Translations under genes and position numbers: made by a program | Source of the DNA: Azolla caroliniana | Taxonomy: Eukaryota; Plantae; Polypodiophyta | Direction of reading: 5' to 3' | Assembly (NCBI GenBank): GCA_043228905.1 | Contig: JBHGNT010000006.1 | Coordinates: 12,586,001-12,650,000 of the forward strand | DNA: 64,000 bases | Notes under the pieces: model-generated | What the model saw: only the letters and a program-made list of their open reading frames with translations | Databases searched by the model: none | Told to the model about the DNA's origin: nothing | Shown: piece after piece, positions 48,331 to 61,035 of the stretch | Layout of the letters: each line of letters begins with the position of its first letter | How positions within the stretch are numbered: the stretch's first letter is position 1

Positions 48331-50597
48331 CCTCAATAAGTTTGCGCCATGATGTCAATAGCGAAAGGGTCCGGCGTGGTTGCTTGGGCAATCTCGTTGA
48401 GCAAGGAATCATCGTGCAACATATAGATTGCGAACATGTGGAGTGGATCGGGCCGCAATAAACAATGTGATTGTTGAGAATAAGCGTCGTCACCTGGGCG
48501 CAATGCGAAATTGGGTCGCCGAGAGAGAGCATCCGCTTTCCCATGTTGAACACCGGGTCGAAACAAGATTTCGAAGTCGTAGTCGGCAAGAAAAGATGAC
48601 CACCAAGCCTGCCTCCGATTCAACATACGAGTGGTAGTGAAGTAGATGAGATTCTTGTGTTCGGTCACCACTTGAATACGATGTTGCGCCCCAACCAGAT
48701 AGGGTCGCCATTCAGCGAAGGCCGAGATGATAGCTGCAAGCTCCTTGTCGTAGATCGGATAATTGATTTCGGGGGCTGTAAACTTCCGAGAGTAGAAGGC
48801 GACCGGATGTAGGGTGTCGACGTCATCGTGTTGGGACAAGACCGCACCTATGGCAAAGTCGGAGGCGTCAGTTTCAACTTGGAAAGGGTGGGTGGGTCGG
48901 GGTGGACTAACAGGGGAGCGGAGAGAAAAGCTGCTTTGAGGGCATTAAAAGCATTGTGTGATGGGGGGTCCAAAGAAATGGAGTATCTTTCCAGGTAAGT
49001 TGGATGAGAGGTTGGACTAGGGAAGAGAACCCGTCTATAAAAATTTGCAAAACCAAGAAACGATTGTACCTCTTTTAACCGAGTCGGAAGAGGCCAATCA
49101 GTGATTGCCACGACCTTGCGTTCATCCATTGTGATCTCGGTAGGGCAGATCATGTAACCCAAGAATTTGATAGAGGTCCGATCAAATTCACATTTCTCAC
49201 TTTTGGCAAAGAGCCCATATTCTCGGAGTTTGGTGAGAACTAGCTGGATGTGGTGTGTGTGCTCCTCCAAGTTGGAAGAAAAAACTAGGATGTCGTCAAG
49301 GTGGATGACCATGAAATGATCAAGATACTCTCGAAAAATATCATTCAGCATGTGCTGGAAAATGGCCGAAGCATTGGTAAGACCGAAAGGCATCACTTTG
49401 TACTCAAAATGTCCATAGTGCGTCCGAAAAGCCATTTTCCACTCGTCCCCAGGCTTAATGCACACCAAATTGTAGGCGCCCCGAAGGTCGATTTTGGAGA
49501 AGATATGCCCCGTTCGGAGTCGATCGAGGAGCGTTGGAATTAAGGGCAGGGGGTAACGATTACGTACCGTAACTTTGTTGAGACCCTGATAATTCACACA
49601 TAAGCATAAGGAGCCGTCCTTTTTCTTGACAAATAAGATTGGTGCCCCGATCGGTGATTTGGAGGGTTGAATGAAGCCCTTCGCGAGATTCTCAGCCAAA
49701 TATGTGCTGAGATCCTCAAGTTCGGTTTCAGATAACCCATAGAGAGGACCGAATAGGGGATGCTCGCCAGGTTGGAGTTCGATTGGGCAATTGTAGGGAC
49801 GATGAGCTGGTAACCGATCGGCATTCCGCTTTTCGAAGATGTCGGAAAAGTCACTATATCGGATGGGTAAATTGGTGACACGAACGGTGACATTTCCCGA
49901 CACAACGGCCAGTGTAGTGACCAAACCGGACTCGACCGTAACAGAATCAAGAGAGTGTCGTGATCGAGCAGGAATTGGTGTTCTTGGAAAAGTGATGGAG
50001 CTGCTACACCAATCCACCGTCGGATTGTGTGTCTCCAACCAAGATAGCCCCAACACAATCGGAGGTCGGTGAGTCACGATGAGGTAGAAAGTCAGTTCCT
50101 CCTGGTGTGCCCCGATTTGAAGTACCAACGGGATAGTGGCTTTAGTAACCGCCCCTGACGAGAGAACCCGGCCGTCAATCACTTCAACGGATATGGGTTG
50201 TGATGTGCGAACGGTGGGAATATTATGTGCGCATACAATCGATATATCGATAAAGCAAGTAGATGCTCCAGAGTCAAGCAAGGCAGGAGAATGTATTGAA
50301 GTTGAACCAAAACAAAGACTTACTTGCAAAGAAAACCCTCCTAATGGCGGTACGGACTTGTAGGAGCATGGAGAAGGTGAGTAACGAGAAGCATCCAGCG
50401 GCATGCCTCCTACTGCAACCGAACTTGGTCGTTTTCCTGTTGTCGAGGAACCTCCGCAAGACATGCACGATGGAATTGGTGTCGAGGGCCTTGCACAGGA
50501 AAGTGGCGGATGACATGGCCGGGGTTGCCACAACAGAGACAAAATCCATTGTCCCGACGATGTTGGCATTGGGCTTCAGTTAGTGGTTGGAACCGAG

Positions 50598-53500
50598 TGT
50601 TGAGAGACAAGCTCAACATCGGCCGGATCGGCTGAAGAAGCCGAGGACCGGATCGGTTGGGACCGATCGGTTAGGCCGAGTGCGTAAACCGGGAGGTCGT
50701 TAGGAAAGATATTCCATGAGGAATATATTTGGGAGTTAGTGTAGGAGCTCTTGATGAGCATTGAAGTACTGTCAGTACTTCGGTCAGTCCTTCTAGGACT
50801 TGTATAAAAGTGTTCATTGAGCACGTCTTATGTACAGACTGAGTATTATTGTTGAATATATTTTTTGTGTCTTCTCTCACTCTCTCTGTCTCTCCTGCGT
50901 ATACCGTGTAAGCTCAAGCCCTCCATTGAACCTGAGTTTCCTTCCTTCTGTTCGGTCTTCATACCTGCTTCCGCACGCCACTTTCTACATGGTATCAGAG
51001 CGCGAGGGTTGAGAACCTCTCTGCAGCCGACACAGCTTGACGAAGAAGAACGAGAAGAACGATGGATAGAGGCATGGCAAGCTCACTTCCAACAGAGAAG
51101 CTCGACAAAACCAACTACACGTCTTGGTCCTACAAGATGCACCAGTACCTGCTCGGGCACGACTACTGGAGTTATGTCGAAGGAGCTAATGACGTGGCAC
51201 CCGAATCGACACACAGAGACTTCCCGTCGTGGGAGCAATCGGCGAGCAGGTTATTGTACTGCTTCGCGTCGTGTGTGGGCGAACAGCTATTGAGCTATGT
51301 TTGGGATGCAAAGACGCCGAAGGGTGCGTGGGAAAATCTGAAGAAGATTTTCGCCGTGAGCACCACAGCCAGGAAGCTTCAGCTCCGACAGGAGTTGAGC
51401 AACCTACGACAATGCGACTTGTCGGTGGCGGACTATACCTCGAAGATCAAGGATATCTGTGACTCCCTCGCCTCCATAGAGGTGAACATCGAGGAGGTTT
51501 GGCGTCGAAGTTCGGAGCGTTCCGAACGGCTGTGTGTACCCGGGAGAATACGTTGTCCTTCTTTGACTTACAGTCAATGCTCATGGTAGAGGAGAACCAC
51601 GCGGGTGCGTCTACAAGCACGCACACCGACAGTAGAATGTTGTACACGGAGGGAGATAGGCCCCGTGGACGTGGAGGACGAGGCGAGTCGGCACGCAATG
51701 GAGGCGGCCGACGAGATCAGGGAAGAAGGCACCGAAGTGATGCCAACAGCAACTCCGGACCCTTCGGAAACAGGGGGAGTCGAAGCGATGAGAACCGGCA
51801 AGGGAAGTCCATCGCGGAGTGTTGGTACTGTGGCAAGGAAGGCCACAGGGAAAGTGAGTGCTGGAAGAAGCGCGCCGATTCGGAGAGAACTGGTTCCGGG
51901 AGCGGCTCCAGACATACCGACAAGGGAAATCGGCAGTGATCACACTACGCCGAAGACTCTGGAAGAGTCGGAGAAGGGACTGCCTTCGTGACGAGACACA
52001 AAGCAAACTCAATGAAACAGACCACCCCGAGATCGGACGAGTTGTGGTACGTAGACTTCGGCATGTCAAACCACATGACGAGCCATAAGGAGTGGTTCTC
52101 GTACCTTGAAAAACCGATACAACCTGGAGTAGTCGCAACAGGAGACGACACTCCGCATCCAATCGCGAATGTCAGAGAAGTTCCCCTTAGCCATGTCGGG
52201 CAGAAAGGGAAACTCATGAACGTGCTGCACGTCCCGACAATCACGAAAAACTTGGTCTCGGTCGGACAGATCGTCGACCAAGGGATGGAGGTTCAGTTTA
52301 CACACCTCGGGTGCCTCATTGAGGAAGAAGGCCGTGTGATTGCGCAATGGCGCAGAGACGGGAGGATGTTCATCCTTGACTCCACTGACGGCGGCACCGC
52401 AATGTTCGCGAAGGGACAAAAGACCAAGTCGGACGTCGACTTGTGGCACAAGTGGATAGGCCACGTCAACCACCAACGGCTTCAAGATCTGCAATCGAAA
52501 CAGGTAGTATTCGGATTGCCCAAATTTAGTGGCCGAAAGGTACAAATTTGTGAAGCCTGCCAGCTCAGGAAGAACCACCGACTTCCTTTCCCAAACGAGT
52601 GAAACCAGAGCCGGAATAAGCTCGACCTTATACACTCCGATGTATGGGGGGCGGCACAAAACGTTAGTCTTGGCGGGAGCCGATATTTCGTCTCCTTCAT
52701 CGACAACCACACGCGGCACACGTGGCTCTACCTCATTGAGAGGAAGAGCGAAGTCTTCGACTGTTTCCGTGACCTCAAAGGGTTCGTGGAAACAGAAACA
52801 GGACGGAAGATCAAGTGCCTGAGGTCGGATGGTGGAAAAGAGTACTTTTCCGGTCAATTCATTGGTTACCTACAACAAATGGGAATTCCCCGCGAATTCA
52901 GTTGTAGATACACGCCGGAGCAGAATGGCGTGGCCGAGAGAAAGAACCGGTCGATTGTGGAAGCGGCACAGGCAATGCTGGAGGAGAAGAGCTTGCCCAA
53001 GTTCTACTGGCCCGAGGCGGTAAGGACCGCGGTATACATCCAGAACCGGATCGGAGACAAAGTGTCAGCGCACGAGCTATATTTCGGAACGAAGCCGAAC
53101 TTGCGACACTTGAGAGTGTTCGGTAGCATTGCGTATGTGCATGTACCGAAGGAGAAAAGGAGGAAGCTGGATGCAAAGGCCGAGAAATGCATCTTGGTCG
53201 GTTACTCAGACGAGCAGAAGGGTTATAAGTGTTATAACCCTCGCACCAAACAAGCGTGTGTCAGCCGCGACGTTGTGTTTGACGAGTCCGCATCCTGGTA
53301 CCAACCCCATGTCCAATCCGTGTTCTGACGATGAGGTCAGCGAGGCCGAGATGCCTCCAGATGAGCCCGAAAACGAGACCCGCGAAGAGAGTCCGATTTC
53401 ACTCCGGTTAAGTGGACCGATTGGACGACTGAGTCGGTACGACCAGTCCGATGAAGAGCCGGCGAGTAGTGGAGACTCGGCCGTGCATTCCCCGCGCAGG

Positions 53501-56241
53501 AAGCCGAGGAGACGGCTTACGCGCAAAGAGAAAGGGAAGAAGAAGGTGTCGGATTCCGGCACGGATAGGAATGAGTCAGACCGACACGAGTCCGACTCCG
53601 AGGGAACCGGTGACGGGTCTTTAAAGGTGAAGACCGCGTCGACCGAGAAGGCCTCGACATCGGCTAATGTGAGATTACGCCAATCTACCCGCCAGAAGAA
53701 CCCTGTTTTGCGGTTCGGATACAACGAGTACATGGCGCATCATTATGCGTACATGACCCGTGTAGCGGAAGTGCGTGAGCCGGAGAGCTATGCAGAAGCG
53801 GCTAAAGACGCGAATTGGCGTGCCACGATGGAGGAAGAGATGCACGCGTTGGCGGAGAACGAGACCTGGGACCTGGTTAACGCACCAACAGGGGTAAAAC
53901 CGATCGGGTGTAGGTGGGTATACAAGGTCAAGTACAACACCGATGGCTCGGTCAACCGGTACAAGGCTCGGCTAGTGGCAAAGGGCTACGCGTAGAAACA
54001 TGGCATCGACTATGATGAGACGTTTGCGCCGGTCGCGAAAATGACGACCGTCCGTGTTTTGCTCGCAGTAGCTGCGGCGAAGGGGTGGCACTTACATCAG
54101 ATGGATGTAAAGAATGCGTTCCTGCAAGGTGACCTTGAGGAATAGGTGTACATGGTATAGCCCCCCGGATTTCACTCAAAAACGAACTCCTCGGCAGTAT
54201 GCCGACTGAAGAAGTCCCTTTACGGACTGAAGCAAGCCCCGCGTGCCTGGAACGCGAAGATCACGCAACAACTGCGTCGGATGGGCTTTGTCACGTCAAA
54301 ATCAGACTCTTCCTTGTTCATCCGGAAAGGGCAACTCGGACCGGTTAGTATTCTATTATATGTTGATGACTTGGTCATCACCGGCGCCGACCTAGGTGAA
54401 ATCAACCGTGTGAAGCTCCAGCTTGCGGCATCGTTCGACATGAAGGATCTGGGGGACCTTCATTACTTCCTCGGGATCGAAGTGATCCATACCCCCGAAG
54501 GCATATTGATCAGCCAACGACATTACGTGATGGATATGCTCTTCAAACTCGGGATGGCCGACTGTAAGTCCGTCTCGACTCCTCTGGACAGAACCGTCAA
54601 GCTTCGTCCCGATACGGGAAAGGTATGCGACCCGACGAGGTTCCGCCAAATTGTTGAAAGCCTCATATACTTGACCATCACCCGACCCGACCTCAGTTAT
54701 CCAGTCGGGGTGATCAGTCAGTTCATGGCGCGACCTACCGAGGAGCACCTTCAGTGTGCGCAACGCGTACTGCGATACGTAAGTGGCACTAAGGATCGAG
54801 GACTGCTATATCGGACCGGTGCAGCCGCGCAGTTAGTTGGCTACACCGATGTTGATTGGGCTGGCAACGCCACCGATCGCCGATCCACGTCTGGATATGC
54901 GTTCTCCCTCGGGAGTGCCACGATCGCATGGAGCAGTAAGAAGCAGCCGACAGTTGCATTGTCGAGCACCGAAGCTGAGTACCGAGGAGCGGCTATTGCG
55001 ACATGCGAAGCCATATGGTTGAAGCGGCTACTTAAGGATCTGCAGGTGGAGGTGTCCGATCCGACGACGATCTACTGCGACAACCTCAGCAGCATCCAGC
55101 TCGCGAAAAACCCCGTTTTCCACGCACGGACCAAGCACATTGAGGTGCACTACCATTTCGTCCATGAGCGTGTCCTTTTCGGTGAAGTCGAACTTCAGTA
55201 CGTTCCGACGGATCGGCAGACTACCGACATCTTCACCAAGCCTCTTGGTCTGGACAAGTTGCGGCAATTCTCAGGTGCGCTCGGGTTGCGTCACCTTGAT
55301 TTGCCGAACTTGAGGGGGAGAACAGTCCCGAACGACCAAGCAAGGCAGCAGGAAAGGAGCGGAGACCGCAACACCACTGAGTCGGTTGACTCGTTTGTCG
55401 AGTTCGACTACTTCGGATCGGCTGAAGAAGCCGAGGGCGAACCCGCGGAAAAGTTCGGAAGAGGACAAAAGGGGAGCAGCCGAAGGAGAGAGCCGAAGCC
55501 AACCACGCATGGGGGAGATGACGCCATCGAGGGCGAGAAGACCGAAGACGAGTTGGAGACAGCCAACTCGGACGAGAGCGAAAACCGATTGGAAGTAGCC
55601 GGGTCAGTTCGGATGTTTGATTCAGACACGTTGAATCAACCAAGGCCCAAGTGGAAGAAAAGGCAGCAGAAGAAGTGTCGACACCGCAACAGCAGAAGAG
55701 CTGATAATGGTCACATGAGCAGACAAGCCGACCGTAAGGGTCGAAGCGAGCGGAGTCGAACAGGTCGAGGAGCGCGAGCGAGACGAGAAGCCAGGAGGAA
55801 CTGGTGTTGTGAAGATCCCGAAGAGCCTCAAGTTGAGCTTGAGGGGGAGTGTTGAGAGACAAGCTCAACATCAGCCGGATCGGCTGAAGAAGCCGAGGAC
55901 CGGATCGGTTGGGACCGATCGGTTAGGCCGAGTGCATAAACCGGGAGGTCGTTAGGAAAGATATTCCGTGAGGAATATATTTGGGAGTTAGTGTAGGAGC
56001 TCTTGATGAGCATTGAAGTACTGTCAGTACTTCGGTCAGTCCTTCTAGGACTTGTATAAAAGTGTTCATTGAGCATGTCTTATGTACAGACTGAGTATTA
56101 TTGTTGAATATATTTTTTGTGTCTTCTCTCACTCTCTCTGTCTCTCCTGCGTATACCATGTAAGCTCAAGCCCTCCATTGAACCTGAGTTTCCTTCCTTC
56201 TGTTCGGTCTTCATACCTGCTTCCGCACGCCACTTTCTACA
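50598..56241 (+). mobile_element. Near-full-length young Ty1/Copia family B element
   Basis: 392-bp LTRs 50598-50989 and 55850-56241 (approx. 5 transitions); TSD CCGAG; PBS tggtatcagagc 50990-51001; PPT gagggggag 55841-55849. Confidence 0.97.
51062..55855 (+). pseudogene. Copia gag-pol polyprotein with a few stops/frameshifts and a long C-terminal tail
   Basis: CWYCGKEGH knuckle; integrase LRSDGGKEY, EQNGVAERKNR; [17 protein letters not shown]; RNase H; ORF ends inside the 3' LTR (LEGEC*). Confidence 0.93.
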
Positions 56242-57112
56242 CCGAGCATGGTCGATCTCCATCGGGGTATGGGAATCAACCTCAATTGTGGTATGGGTTT
56301 CACTGACTGATGGTAAGGCTGGCGTGGGTGACAAGTAGGGCCTGGCGATTGTTGTGTTCCGAGAAGAAGCCTGAGATCTGCGAGTCCCTTGTTCTTCTTG
56401 ACGAAGTTCAAAAAGACAATTGTCACACTGGACAACTTGGGAGATTACTTGAGACAACGATGTGGGCTCCAGGAATTTTAAGAGAAGAGTCTTGACATAA
56501 TTTCGGAGACCGCGACGGAAATGGTCGCATAGCACTTGGTCATCCCAACTAACATCGCAGGCAATCTGGCGAAACTCTGAGGCGTAGACCGAGGCAGGGC
56601 GTGAGCCTTGTTGGACAGAATAAAGCTTTGTGAGTGCCATTCATCGCCGATCTGTCTCGTCAAATGTCGCTTCGAGCTCCTCGATGAAAGCGGTGAAGTC
56701 CTCCAAGAGAGGGGATGAGGTCTCGATCAAGGGTGCAAACCACACTTGCGCCGGCCCAGAGAGAAGCGTGTTGACAAGCCCAACCCGAGAAAAGTCGCTA
56801 GCATACCATTGGGGCTGTAATCAGATGATAAGCCGAATTTGGTTGATGAAGCCGCGAAGATACGCCCTCGTGCCGTTGAATTTTTCGAGTAGGCTGATGG
56901 TTGGTTCAAGGACATATGGATGAGAAGAGGACGTGGTCGGGCTAGGTGTCGACGGTGGTTGTGACTCGGTGGATTAGTGGATTTCTTGAAGTGCCGGATT
57001 GCAACTCTCGTAATGATTCCCGAAGGATTTCATTCTCTAGCTGAAGTTGTTGCAAGGCTTCCATGATTTGGTTTAGGTTGTCGATGGAGTCAAACATGGT
57101 AGCAAGAAAAGG

Positions 57113-57123
57113 AAGGTGAACAA
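57113..57123 (-). promoter_or_regulatory. Self-priming PBS complementary to the predicted transcript 5' end
   Basis: aaggtgaacaa (57113-57123) is an exact inverted copy of ttgttcacctt (57224-57234), about 25 nt downstream of a minus-strand TATA box. Confidence 0.8.
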
Positions 57124-57725
57124 ACTGTCACGGACAAGTATAATAGAGTAGAACAAAGATAAGACTAGAGAACAAGAGAGAGTAAAAGAACAAGAACTCA
57201 ACTTATAGAACCCGTAACTTGCGTTGTTCACCTTGATTAGAATCAAGGTGCACATGAGTATTTATACAAGAAGGTAGGGCTATGTAAGCCAGCTAGAAAT
57301 AGAGTATGCATGAGGATGCATGCAATAGAGTACGCATGAGGATGCATGCAATAGAGAATGCATGAGGATGCATGCAAGCTAGAAAATGAGAATACATGCA
57401 AGCTAGGAACTTCCAATGTTCAATCTACACTATATGAAGTTAAATTAAATACAAGGATGGATGTGTAGCTCAAGTGGTAGGGTTGCCCAATAGAAACCAT
57501 GAGGTCTTGGGTTCAATCCCTACCTTCTTTCTTGGCATATGTCTATGACACATTGTCTCAACTCAATATGATTTCGGCAGCTTCGCATGCGAGAGCATGC
57601 TCCTTACTCTCTCTATGATTGTTCGATTCATCCTCTCTGCAAGCCCATTTAATTTAAGGGTCTTCGGCACTATTCTATTTGAATACCTTGGGCCTTGTAG
57701 TATTATTTGGACTGCTCTTTATATC

Positions 57726-60700
57726 TGAAAAGAGAGATGATGATAGAAAAGAGAGAGAGAGAAGATATAGAAACCCAAATCTACAAAGATATATTAATAA
57801 GGAGTGATGATCATAGAAACAAGAGAAAGAAGATACATAAACTCAAGCCTACAAGGATGAATTGATCACTAGAAAAACGCACTACATGAATAGGCAAGAA
57901 AAACACCACAAGAAAAAAGCTTCTTCTCACCACCTCACTCTTTCTTGCTTTATATGAAGTTCTCCTCTAGTAGATAAGTTTCGCTTGCTTTCTTTTCCAC
58001 GCTTTTTTTACAGCTTTTCCATCTCCTATTCTTAGCTATGATACAACGATCTTCTAATCGTCATATATCCCTCATCCATGCTCCAAATTTAGAGTTTTAA
58101 AAAGCTAAGGATAGCTCTCGTCATAAGCTTTCTAACCCATATTTACACGTGATATTTGGGTGTCAAACGAGAGAGTTATGAGCATTTGTTTCTGACTGCG
58201 TTTTGGTGGTCTGCTTTTTCTCTTTTTAACTTTTCTCCATCTTTATTGCTTTTATTTGGACTTATCCACGAGATGTTAGTTCATGTCCTTGTCCTCCAAA
58301 TGTGAATCCTCCATACCTTATATTCTTTTAGTGTCCAATGGCTTGAATTCTAAAAACAGTTTCACATTTAGCCCTCCCCCTTGCTTCTTGGTGAACCATT
58401 TATGGTGAACCCTAAGCTACTAATAAAACTAAAGGTTCTCCTTCGCCTTATTCATGGCTATAGACAAAGAAGGAGAAAATAAATAGAAAAGAAACAAACT
58501 ATGTGAGTAAAACCCCCGCTAGTCGATAGGAAAAACCTCACACTTCTAAACACACACACATACACATTGACAATTGTCATCACCATCTTTCTCCTTGTCA
58601 ACACAAAGAAAGAGGTTACAACAATTAGTATATCTTCATCAACTTTCCAAACAGAAGTAGGTCTATGTGATACATAACTCTTGATAGAAGTAAGCATGTT
58701 AACATATGAATAAATCTTTCGAGCGAGCGAACCTTTTGTACAAATACCTTCAAAGCTTCGAGACTTGTCAGAATTGTCATATTTTGAATTATGTCAATCT
58801 TTGCTTCATCAACATGACTTTCTTCTTGGCACACCACATTCTCCACATTACCTTGTTTTTTATGTATGACCATTTCATCTAGAATCTCATCTCGAAAAGG
58901 AAGCAAAAATAAATCTCGTTTGGTTGAATCATTCAAGGATTGGAAGTTGACGTCTTTCTCCTTTGGAACAACCACAATAAGTGAGACAAACTTCAAATTC
59001 TCCAACTTGATGTGGTGCTTGATGCCTTCTACTCTTATCTGTGAATACTCATTTATGAATAACTTTGTAAACTTAAAAAAGAGAGAAATAAACCTTAGAT
59101 CCTCTTCTCCTTGGACATCGTTTGAAATCATCTTCTTTTTCCCCTTTAGGGTGATAATACTTTTCTCTTCAATGACTTCTTCTTCCTCCTTAGACACCAT
59201 GTGGAATGATTTGTTTTCCCTATCCCACGAATATTCATCAATTGTTATGCTTTCCTCTTCTTGCTTGCCAATGTCGATAGATGATTCCTTCTCCTTTATA
59301 CATTTGATTAGTTGTGGTGGATCCTTTGATGGTGATAATTTAATGATACTCCAATCATGCATTACAAGTAAATCTCTTGGCTCTTGGTCAAATTGTTGTT
59401 GAAGAGTTGATGCCCACATAACTTTGTTGCTACTCAATGCAAATCCAAAACACAAATCTTGCACAAACACCTTCATACACTGCATCTTGGCACTTACCAA
59501 TGCTTCCTTACACGCATTGATCTCCAAAAGCCAATCTCCAGCTATCACTTCTAGGTTACCTTCTTCATCTTGCAACTTCGTTGTGGGTACTTCACCATCA
59601 ACAACTTCTTTTGTCATATCTTCCATTTCATCTTGCACATATTCATCATCAACCACCATATCACTTGTTGTATCAATAATGTCCTCAACATGATGTACAT
59701 TGGCATCACCATCCATAACATCGCTTCTCATAACTATCTCCTTAGATTCGTCTTTCACATCATCATTCTTTATATCATGGTTGTCCTCATGAACTAGATG
59801 GGGGAACTCCACATTCATCACCTCTTCTTCATTGTCTCTGGAATCACCTTCATAGACATCATCATAACTCCAAAAATTAGAATAATGATATGAGGGAACC
59901 TGTTGAATCGAACATTGCAAGTATGTTGGTTGTTGGCTCATGACCGATCCACAATTATTATAGCTTGGATTTATGGTATATGACGCCGATACTCCATATG
60001 CTTCACCGAATAACAACTTCTTCAATTGTTGATCATAACTTTGACATACTCGAAGCAAATCATGGAAAGACCTTGGGTACTTCATATGCACTTCATATTG
60101 AAAATATGGATCTAGCCCTACTTTGAATCTTTCCATCTTGAAGTATACATCTTCAACGCCTCCAACAAGTCCAATCCAAGTGGACCATATATCCAAAAAC
60201 GTCTTCTCATACTCGAGGTAGCACATTGGTGAAACCATACGCAATTGGAAAAGTTCTCTTCGTAGATCTGTCGCATCGCGAACTCCATATCGTGCCATTA
60301 GTTTGATGATGAATCGGTAGATCCAACCATCAATTAGTGGACAACCGTTCCTCCCGTTATACAGAAAGGATCGGCCCTCCCTGGAGCGCCAAAAATGAAA
60401 AGAGAGATGATGATAGAAAAGAGAGAGAGAGAAGATATAGAAACCCAAATCTACAAAGATATATTAATAAGGAGTGATGATCATAGAAACAAGAGAAAGA
60501 AGATACATAAACTCAAGCCTACAAGGATGAATTGATCACTAGAAAAACGCACTACATGAATAGGCAAGAAAAACACCACAAGAAAAAAGCTTCTTCTCAC
60601 CACCTCACTCTTCTTGCTTTATATGAAGTTCTCCTCTAGTAGATAAGTTTCGCTTGCTTTCTTTTCCACGCTTTTTTTACAGCTTTTCCATCTCCTATTC

Positions 60701-61035
60701 TTAGCTATGATACAACGATCTTCTAATCGTCATATCTTCCTCATCCATGCTCCAAATTTAGAGTTTTAAAAAGCTAAGGATAGCTCTCGTCATAAGCTTT
60801 CTAACCCATATTTACACGTGATATTTGGGTGTCAAACGAGAGAGTTATGAGCATTTGTTTCTGACTGCGTTTTGGTGGTCTGCTTTTTCTCTTTTTAACT
60901 TTTCTCCATCTTTATTGCTTTTATTTGGACTTATCCACGAGATGTTAGTTCATGTCCTTGTCCTCCAAATGTGAATCCTCCATACCTTATATTCTTTTAG
61001 TGTCCAATGGCTTGAATTCTAAAAACAGTTTCACA
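57726..61035 (-). mobile_element. Young non-autonomous LTR element (TR-GAG-like)
   Basis: Approx. 640-bp LTRs 57726-58366 and 60396-61035 (about 99% identical); TSD ATATC; PBS tggcgctccaggg; PPT aagggggaggg. Confidence 0.93.
58625..60448 (-). CDS. Gag-like protein fused in frame to an acidic region and RT relics (true start probably downstream of the PBS)
   Basis: 607-aa open frame; gag-like KMERFKVGLDP..P.SF.D; RT-like SLIVVVPKEK, VNFQSLN..DLFLLPFRDEILD, VDEAKIDII; no YxDD. Confidence 0.65.
   Translation of the reverse strand: MGFYIFSLSLFYHHLSFHFWRSREGRSFLYNGRNGCPLIDGWIYRFIIKLMARYGVRDATDLRRELFQLRMVSPMCYLEYEKTFLDIWSTWIGLVGGVEDVYFKMERFKVGLDPYFQYEVHMKYPRSFHDLLRVCQSYDQQLKKLLFGEAYGVSASYTINPSYNNCGSVMSQQPTYLQCSIQQVPSYHYSNFWSYDDVYEGDSRDNEEEVMNVEFPHLVHEDNHDIKNDDVKDESKEIVMRSDVMDGDANVHHVEDIIDTTSDMVVDDEYVQDEMEDMTKEVVDGEVPTTKLQDEEGNLEVIAGDWLLEINACKEALVSAKMQCMKVFVQDLCFGFALSSNKVMWASTLQQQFDQEPRDLLVMHDWSIIKLSPSKDPPQLIKCIKEKESSIDIGKQEEESITIDEYSWDRENKSFHMVSKEEEEVIEEKSIITLKGKKKMISNDVQGEEDLRFISLFFKFTKLFINEYSQIRVEGIKHHIKLENLKFVSLIVVVPKEKDVNFQSLNDSTKRDLFLLPFRDEILDEMVIHKKQGNVENVVCQEESHVDEAKIDIIQNMTILTSLEALKVFVQKVRSLERFIHMLTCLLLSRVMYHIDLLLFGKLMKIY

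Larger units (their letters stand above)
48333..57550 (-). mobile_element. Tcn1-like Gypsy (self-priming), 3'-truncated, interrupted by a Copia
   Basis: LTR 57126-57550; gag from 57097 (MFDSIDNLNQIMEALQQLQ); CCHC-like knuckle; pol LLDSGAS, KIDLRGAY, MPFGLTNA, HLDDIL; RNase H FYSRK..YDKELAAI. Confidence 0.9.
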
